Origin: Haloquadratum walsbyi C23 | GTDB taxonomy: Archaea > Halobacteriota > Halobacteria > Halobacteriales > Haloferacaceae | DNA: 32,000 nucleotides | Direction of reading: 5' to 3' | Assembly: GCF_000237865.1 (NCBI RefSeq) | Contig: NC_017459.1 | Location: 270,001-302,000, forward strand | Shown here: positions 26,949 through 32,000 of the stretch, one piece after another | Layout of the letters: every line of letters begins with the position of its first letter | Numbering within the stretch: the first letter of the stretch is position 1 | Program-made: the position numbers and the translations under genes | The notes under the pieces: generated by a model | What the model saw: the letters and a program-made list of their open reading frames with translations, nothing else | Databases searched by the model: none | What the model was told of the DNA's origin: nothing

Positions 26949-27536
26949 ATGAACAAAGATGGACATGTATTGAATGCGGCGCTTCTCGCTATTGGTCTTG
27001 GTCTTATTTTGACAGTTGATATTGCAATCAGTGCTGAACGACTCTTTACTGCAGGTGTCACGGCTAAGCCATCTCCTAGCGACGAAATCCAGACATCAAT
27101 TGATTTTGCCGCACAACTCGGTCGGTCAGTGCTTGCATTCTCGCTCCCGATTATTCTTGGAGCGTTATTCCCAGATGTTGATACAGCATTTGGTCGTCAT
27201 CGAAAGACGCTACACAATCTCCCCGTTTTGTTGCTCTTTATATTATTTCCACCGGTATTTGGAAATCTCCAGTTTGTCTGGATCGGTGTTGCCACACATT
27301 ATTTACTTGATGTTGTCGGGTCGAAACGTGGGATTGCACTGTTTTATCCACTTTCAGCAAGCGAGTACGACCTGCCAATAGGTGTCGCGACAAGCAGTCG
27401 CTGGACAACAAGTGTCACACTCATTGTGACTGCTGGTGAACTTGCTGTATTATTTATTATTCATACATATATCATTGCTCTCGATACCGCACCAATGGTT
27501 GTCAATGAAGCAGTTGTAAGCGTATTAATGTCATGA
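26949..27536 (+). CDS. Membrane-bound metal-dependent hydrolase (DUF457/YdjM-like)
   Basis: N-terminal GHVLNAAL, LFPDVDTAFGRHRKTLHN, and HYLLDVVGSKRGIALFYPLS within TM helices. Confidence 0.65.
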   Translation: MNKDGHVLNAALLAIGLGLILTVDIAISAERLFTAGVTAKPSPSDEIQTSIDFAAQLGRSVLAFSLPIILGALFPDVDTAFGRHRKTLHNLPVLLLFILFPPVFGNLQFVWIGVATHYLLDVVGSKRGIALFYPLSASEYDLPIGVATSSRWTTSVTLIVTAGELAVLFIIHTYIIALDTAPMVVNEAVVSVLMS

Positions 27537-27699
27537 GTGTTGTCAGTGGATCTGAATATCGTATAATCTAAGAAATATACGACGCTCTCAGAGCTTGAAA
27601 AAAGAAATTGTATACCTAACAATAACAGCAATAGTTGCATGGATTACCTGATCAGTGGTCGGTTATATCTATGCCCAAATCCATCAACATAGTGTGAAT

Positions 27700-28506
27700 T
27701 CAATATTCCGCGACATCATCGTATTTTCCATCATATGCAATATGTTGTGGATGAGTCGGCTCCATCCCCGATAAGAACAGTCGATCAAGCTTTTTCCATG
27801 AGTTCTCATATACGAGATGAACGAACTCAGCGAGTTCATGAGCGGTATACCTCAACCCACGTTCATGATACACCCGGCGCGATACTCCTGATTTGAGTGC
27901 TTCAACAAGATCAGCTTCAGAATCAATTGCACAATCGAACGTTGTCCAGACACGACCAACGCTTCCTGGGAGGTGTGCGTATGACGACCCAAACGGTTGG
28001 TGGTTGGTTTTGGTAATGAGAGAGATACTACGGGTGTTTGCCCATCCTGGAGACTTGAAATTATATACCTCGATTGCATCAACTGCATCGGCGTTCGCTT
28101 GAATATCTGACTCGCTAAAACTGACATTCATGAATTCTGGATGTGGAATAAGTGTGGCTGCACCTTGTCGATCAAGAGCGTCTAGCGCACCGGTAAGTGA
28201 AATGAAATCCGGAATAGGCTCATTAAGCCCAATGGCAAGTATATGTCGACGAGTCTGCCAACTACCTGTAAAAATCTCTCGAGCAGGGATAACAAGAAGG
28301 TCATCATCAGAGAATTGAGCGGCGCGTGAACGGATATTATCAAACCGTGTGAAATGCGGTGCATACACAATAACATCAATTTCTCTTGCTTTTGCACAGG
28401 CGACGACCTCGTCGGATAACACCTTAACATGAAGATCAACCCGTGTCGATGCGGTCGTCTCAGTCACGTTATCTGTTCTGTATGGTGTGAGGTTAGCAGT
28501 TACCAT
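27700..28506 (-). CDS. PHP-domain (polymerase/histidinol phosphatase-like) protein
   Basis: RVDLHVKVLSDEVV...IDVIVYAPHF and IPHPEF motifs. This is a family-level call only. Confidence 0.6.
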   Translation of the reverse strand: MVTANLTPYRTDNVTETTASTRVDLHVKVLSDEVVACAKAREIDVIVYAPHFTRFDNIRSRAAQFSDDDLLVIPAREIFTGSWQTRRHILAIGLNEPIPDFISLTGALDALDRQGAATLIPHPEFMNVSFSESDIQANADAVDAIEVYNFKSPGWANTRSISLITKTNHQPFGSSYAHLPGSVGRVWTTFDCAIDSEADLVEALKSGVSRRVYHERGLRYTAHELAEFVHLVYENSWKKLDRLFLSGMEPTHPQHIAYDGKYDDVAEY

Positions 28507-28896
28507 TTGAGACTATTAATATCAAATATGCTATATTACAAACATACTCTACCACGTGAACCAAATATAATACCACATGCATCACACAATTATCAGCCAT
28601 CCATCTAATCTCGAGTAATATTGATTCTTCGAATCCACACTGTGAAACGCTGCGTCTAAGAGGTTAATAGTTTCACGCTATCGTGGATCGATGTCAATAT
28701 TAACCTAGGGTAAACTTATATATCCGAACACTCGATCCATTTCTACTTATAACAAACCTATGAGCCATAATCTCATCAACGGTGCGAGGAGCGTTAATAG
28801 ATACATATCGTATTAATTATACAAAAATTTCGTTTCGAATGATTCTGGCGTGGACGTCAGCCGATACTGTACTATGTTTTCGTCTTCGCTTTACTC

Positions 28897-29349
28897 TCAC
28901 CGTTCATCGCTGTCGAGGACGCGAATTTGATCTCCACGGACCGTGACAGGGATTGGAACAGTTGCCTCATATAGTTCGACAGTCACCTGATCTTTCGTCT
29001 CATCAATTCGTTGGACTCGAGCCTTCTCACCTTTGAATGGTCCAGCAATCAACTCAACAATATCACCTTCAGCAATCCCTTCGACATCTGGTGTTGGCGA
29101 GAGGAAATGTTCAACCTCTGCGATTGTTGACTTCCCAGCCTGACCACCACTTTTCACTAATCCCCGCGCGTGTGGAATTTCTTCAAGTACTCGTGAAATG
29201 GCTGCATTTGAGTCTGATTCGACCATTACATAACTTGTCAATGAGTCCGGTGCTAACACAGCGTGTATATCCGGCTCCTCGCGGGTCGCAATCATATCAG
29301 CAACGGTTCGTTCTTGACTTGCAGTTGTTTTGACAGCGAAAATCGACAT
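28897..29349 (-). CDS. nusG: Transcription elongation factor Spt5 (NusG)
   Basis: The NGN domain starts [23 protein letters not shown] motif [22 protein letters not shown]. Confidence 0.9.
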   Translation of the reverse strand: MSIFAVKTTASQERTVADMIATREEPDIHAVLAPDSLTSYVMVESDSNAAISRVLEEIPHARGLVKSGGQAGKSTIAEVEHFLSPTPDVEGIAEGDIVELIAGPFKGEKARVQRIDETKDQVTVELYEATVPIPVTVRGDQIRVLDSDER

Positions 29350-29355
29350 AGTATA

Positions 29356-29529
29356 TCACACACCTCCAGGCAACAGCGTCATTATTGCGAAAATGAGGAA
29401 TCCAAGGAATCCAACGAATACAATTCCTGCGCCAGCAATAAGTCCAATCTGAGAGAATTCATTCCACGAAGGGGTGCTTGCAAGCTTTAACACCCGTACA
29501 TAACTACTCAACTCAATTTTGACGTCCAT
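29356..29529 (-). CDS. secE: Protein translocase subunit SecE (Sec61 gamma), 57 aa; not in the supplied ORF track
   Basis: Hand translation: MDVKIELSSYVRVLKLASTPSWNEFSQIGLIAGAGIVFVGFLGFLIFAIMTLLPGGV. It has a single TM helix, lies 6 nt upstream of nusG, and fits the conserved ftsZ-secE-nusG order. Confidence 0.8.
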   Translation of the reverse strand: MDVKIELSSYVRVLKLASTPSWNEFSQIGLIAGAGIVFVGFLGFLIFAIMTLLPGGV

Positions 29530-29851
29530 TCTTAGTATATAGATATCTGACCGAGGGTTTTCTATCTTTCTACAAACATTGCTAGGGATAGTCGGTCAAA
29601 TCAACCGTTCTGCAGAGTGCCTCCTCAATAGACTAACGTTGTAGCGTCATGGAATTATTTGATATGACTATTGTGTCAGTAAATGACTCTTATCCACAGA
29701 TAGCAAGGCAAGTGCCTCTGAAGTTGTCCCCGAGGTACTTCCGGACACTCGTATTTGCGTGAGTATGTCGATTGTTGTCATGTTCAGATGTAATCGGATT
29801 ATCGGATCTGTATTTATATTATCATTCCAGATATACTGAGTACCTCGACCT

Positions 29852-29909
29852 GTCAACTGCCTCGGGGTCATCTCAAAGCCCCGAGGTATCCGGCTTGATT
29901 CTTGATGAA
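29852..29909 (+). repeat. Dispersed hairpin-containing repeat, copy B
   Basis: GTCAACTGCCTCGGGGTCA-tctcaaagcc-CCGAGGTATCCGGCTTGATTCTTGATGAA. The stem is a perfect 8 bp (CCTCGGGG/CCCCGAGG). Confidence 0.8.
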
Positions 29910-30000
29910 ATCTATAGTATGATGATATGAAGACACTCAGAGCAAAGGATAACACCTGAGATAGACTCAATTATGCGACGGTCTCAGATTGAAGCGGTGA

Positions 30001-31317
30001 TTATTCGATAAAATCGGCGTCCTCATCTGGGAATGGGACCTCAGTCCGAGTAGCTGTCTCAGCCTCATCTGTCTCTGCGTTCGACCCTGTATCCGTCTCA
30101 ACACTTTCAGCGGCGTTCACGCGACCATTGCCGTCAGTATCGACGCGCATTCCCTCAACACCTTGTGCATTTGACTGTGCAGCGGTATCAGATGAACCGT
30201 ATATCTGTGGTGATTCGACGCCAGTAACGACAATCATTGTCCGCATTGTTCCATCAAGATCATCATCAACAGACGTTCCCCAGATAATTCGTGCATCAGG
30301 GTGAATCCGGTTGTGGATTTCCTCAACAACGCCTTCAGCCTCTTCAATACTCATGTCCGATCCACCAGTGACATTCACAAGTGCTGAGTTTGCACTTGAA
30401 ATATCGACATCAAGCAGCGGTGAGCGAAGCGCACTCTTAACTGAATCTTGTGCTTTTGATTCTGAATCAGACTCACCAAGTCCGATCATCGCAACCCCGC
30501 CACGCTGCATGACTGTCTTGACATCCGCAAAGTCGAGATTAACGAGCCCTGGCTTTGTAATGAGCTCTGTAATCCCCTTGACAGAACGCATTAACACCTC
30601 ATCCGAGACTTTGAATGCCTGTCTGACGGGAAGTTTTCCAACAGAATCCAAGAGTCGATCATTTGGGACGACAATCACAGTATCGGCAACATCACGAAGT
30701 CGTTCGAGACCTGCCTCAGCATTTGTTCGTCGGACTTCACCCTCAGCGGTAAACGGTGTTGTCACAATAGCAATCGTGAGCGCATTTGACTCACGAGCTG
30801 CTTTTGCAACGACTGGTGCTGAACCAGTACCGGTACCACCTCCAAGACCAGCGGTGACAAAAACCATATCTGATCCTTCGATTGCGTTATAAATCTCCTC
30901 TTGAGATTCAATTGCTGCTTCTTCACCGACCTGTGGGAGTGAGCCTGCCCCACGACCCTGGGTTTTCTGCTCACCCATGAGGATCTTCGTATCTGATTCA
31001 ATCTCAACAAGATGCTGGACATCGGTGTTTGCAGCAACAAGTGTTGCTCCTTCAATCCCTTCTTGATGCATCCGGTCAACGGTGTTTCCTCCGGCTCCAC
31101 CGCAACCGACGACGGTAATGTCGGTCTGGAGATCCTCAAGAACATCCTGGAGTTCATCATCAGTCATTGTCCCGCTTTGTGAGAGCCCATCATTGGTCGC
31201 ACCCGTGTCGGCAGTTGATTCAGACTCGGGCTCGGCCTCGACCGCGGCTCCGTCGACGGCGTCCCCACCTCCTGTTTTCTCAGCTTCATCTATTGCGTCG
31301 TCGACGATGGAGTCCAT
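30001..31317 (-). CDS. ftsZ: Cell division GTPase FtsZ (FtsZ1-type by its secE-nusG linkage)
   Basis: [37 protein letters not shown]. Start set to the ATG at 31317 ([13 protein letters not shown]) instead of the upstream GTG at 31341. Confidence 0.92.
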   Translation of the reverse strand: MDSIVDDAIDEAEKTGGGDAVDGAAVEAEPESESTADTGATNDGLSQSGTMTDDELQDVLEDLQTDITVVGCGGAGGNTVDRMHQEGIEGATLVAANTDVQHLVEIESDTKILMGEQKTQGRGAGSLPQVGEEAAIESQEEIYNAIEGSDMVFVTAGLGGGTGTGSAPVVAKAARESNALTIAIVTTPFTAEGEVRRTNAEAGLERLRDVADTVIVVPNDRLLDSVGKLPVRQAFKVSDEVLMRSVKGITELITKPGLVNLDFADVKTVMQRGGVAMIGLGESDSESKAQDSVKSALRSPLLDVDISSANSALVNVTGGSDMSIEEAEGVVEEIHNRIHPDARIIWGTSVDDDLDGTMRTMIVVTGVESPQIYGSSDTAAQSNAQGVEGMRVDTDGNGRVNAAESVETDTGSNAETDEAETATRTEVPFPDEDADFIE

Positions 31318-31364
31318 GATATAACCGTTCGTATCAAACACAGCTTAATTATCTTTCCCCTTGA

Positions 31365-31384
31365 TGTCAGACAGACGGCTGACA
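31365..31384. promoter_or_regulatory. Palindrome TGTCAG-ACAGACGG-CTGACA upstream of ftsZ
   Basis: Read directly. It has the same half-sites and the same 8-nt spacing as 10218-10237. It lies 48-67 nt upstream of the ftsZ ATG, just distal to a TAATTAT TATA-like box (31346-31352). Confidence 0.4.
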
Positions 31385-31550
31385 TTAATGATCAATTCAA
31401 TAACAGTTTAGCAGTTTGTGGGTGATAATCTGTCTCCAAGCACGGTGTTCGTAAGTGAGTGAGCGTATTATACTCGTAATTAATACCCTGAGATCAGTAT
31501 CCTCGATAGTGTTCATACCCCTCACACAGATTCGAACACCGGAGCCGATA

Positions 31551-32000
31551 CTATGATGATGAGGATGAGGATGAAGATGAGGCTGAGGTAGAGAATACCG
31601 GAAATGTGACTGTCTCCGTTGTATGGACTGCTTCTGGGTCAATAGTCCGTCCCGCAACTGTCACTGATTCACCAGCGGCAAGACGACCAAATGCTGGACC
31701 TTCAGGGACGTCCAATGTTGCCGCCTTTGCAGGGTCAAAGACCTGACGCCTCACGCGGAGTGTTTCATCGGTCCGCTCAACCCGGTCATACTTCAATTTA
31801 AGAATATCTATCAGCGCATGAGTAATTGACTCAACCGAGAGATAATCAGAGACAATCATACGTCCAGTTGGTCTTGTCCCACCTTCAGTTGTCTCAAATG
31901 CGAGTGTGTGCTTAGAGAACACCTGGTTTGTTGTCTCAATATCGATTCCGGTAATCGTCTCCATGAGTGATGTTGGAAACGCGAGTACCACAGCATCCGC
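31551..32000 (-). CDS. Hypothetical protein, 3' part only (N-terminus beyond the window end), with a poly-Ser tail
   Basis: The frame is open to nt 32000 and the coding composition is good. FDPAKAATLDVPEGPAFGRLAAGESVTVAGRTIDPEAV resembles a segment found in RNase Z, but the rest does not match. Confidence 0.5.
   Translation of the reverse strand, partial: ADAVVLAFPTSLMETITGIDIETTNQVFSKHTLAFETTEGGTRPTGRMIVSDYLSVESITHALIDILKLKYDRVERTDETLRVRRQVFDPAKAATLDVPEGPAFGRLAAGESVTVAGRTIDPEAVHTTETVTFPVFSTSASSSSSSSSS

Noticed and set aside
11852-29909. The two ~55-nt direct repeats read as att sites bounding an 18-kb integrated element.
   Set aside because: The interval has no integrase or plasmid/virus genes and consists of core housekeeping genes (tfb, rnhA, ppa, nfi, nusG, secE). 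A dispersed repeat family is far more likely.
29668-29970. A 100-aa minus-strand ORF between ftsZ and secE, considered as a real gene.
   Set aside because: Its composition is basic and S/T-rich and it is built across the repeat elements. The same frame has no start codon at repeat copy A. I kept it only as a note within the spacer finding.
31551-32000. Calling the partial gene ribonuclease Z.
   Set aside because: Only one ~40-aa segment resembles RNase Z. The flanking sequence does not match, and the protein ends where the RNase Z metallo-beta-lactamase core should continue.
1-32000. A visual scan of intergenic regions for CRISPR arrays, tRNA or rRNA genes, and recognisable defence or toxin-antitoxin modules.
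   Set aside because: I saw no regularly spaced direct repeats, no tRNA-like GC-rich cloverleaf segments and no rRNA. The Mut7-C/PIN-like gene stands alone without a partner. A proper tRNAscan/Infernal run would be needed to be certain.

Overview
This is a 32-kb stretch of a haloarchaeal chromosome. The predicted proteins are strongly acidic and include archaeal markers: TFB, Spt5/NusG, SecE, FtsZ and an NreA-like protein. The DNA is unusually AT-rich for a haloarchaeon, and many conserved proteins carry D/T/N-rich inserts. I read that as a Haloquadratum-like host, which is inference, not proof.

I support about 33 protein genes, almost all core housekeeping:
- an operon of a surface-repeat protein, an RND/MMPL exporter and UspA
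- an AlkP-family enzyme and a SHOCT membrane protein
- a small RGG-tailed protein translationally coupled to DNA polymerase X
- a Mut7-C RNase-domain protein and a membrane protein with a HiPIP-like 4-Cys tail
- a CPBP protease and an ACR3/BASS-type transporter
- NreA-like protein, TFB, RNase HI plus a partner gene, PadR, and inorganic pyrophosphatase
- AN1-rhomboid plus endonuclease V, an SDR, an ArsA/Get3-type ATPase, an aminotransferase, CinA/PncC, a DUF457-like hydrolase, and a PHP protein
- the conserved ftsZ-secE-nusG cluster (secE is under 60 aa and missing from the ORF track)

The only clearly accessory DNA is one complete IS4-family insertion sequence at 13438-14948. It has 24-bp terminal inverted repeats and an 8-bp target-site duplication. 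I saw no rRNA, tRNA or CRISPR array.

I did not find a convincing new multi-gene system such as a defence island. The most interesting unexplained signals are:
1. An identical TGTCAG-N8-CTGACA palindrome upstream of ftsZ and upstream of the 4-Cys membrane protein.
2. A conserved hairpin-containing repeat of about 55 nt, present at 11.85 kb and 29.85 kb, with a degenerate extra copy in the oversized ftsZ-secE spacer.
3. The RGG-tailed protein coupled to PolX.
4. A TFB whose zinc ribbon has lost all four cysteines.

All family calls come from motif recognition by eye. No database search was run.
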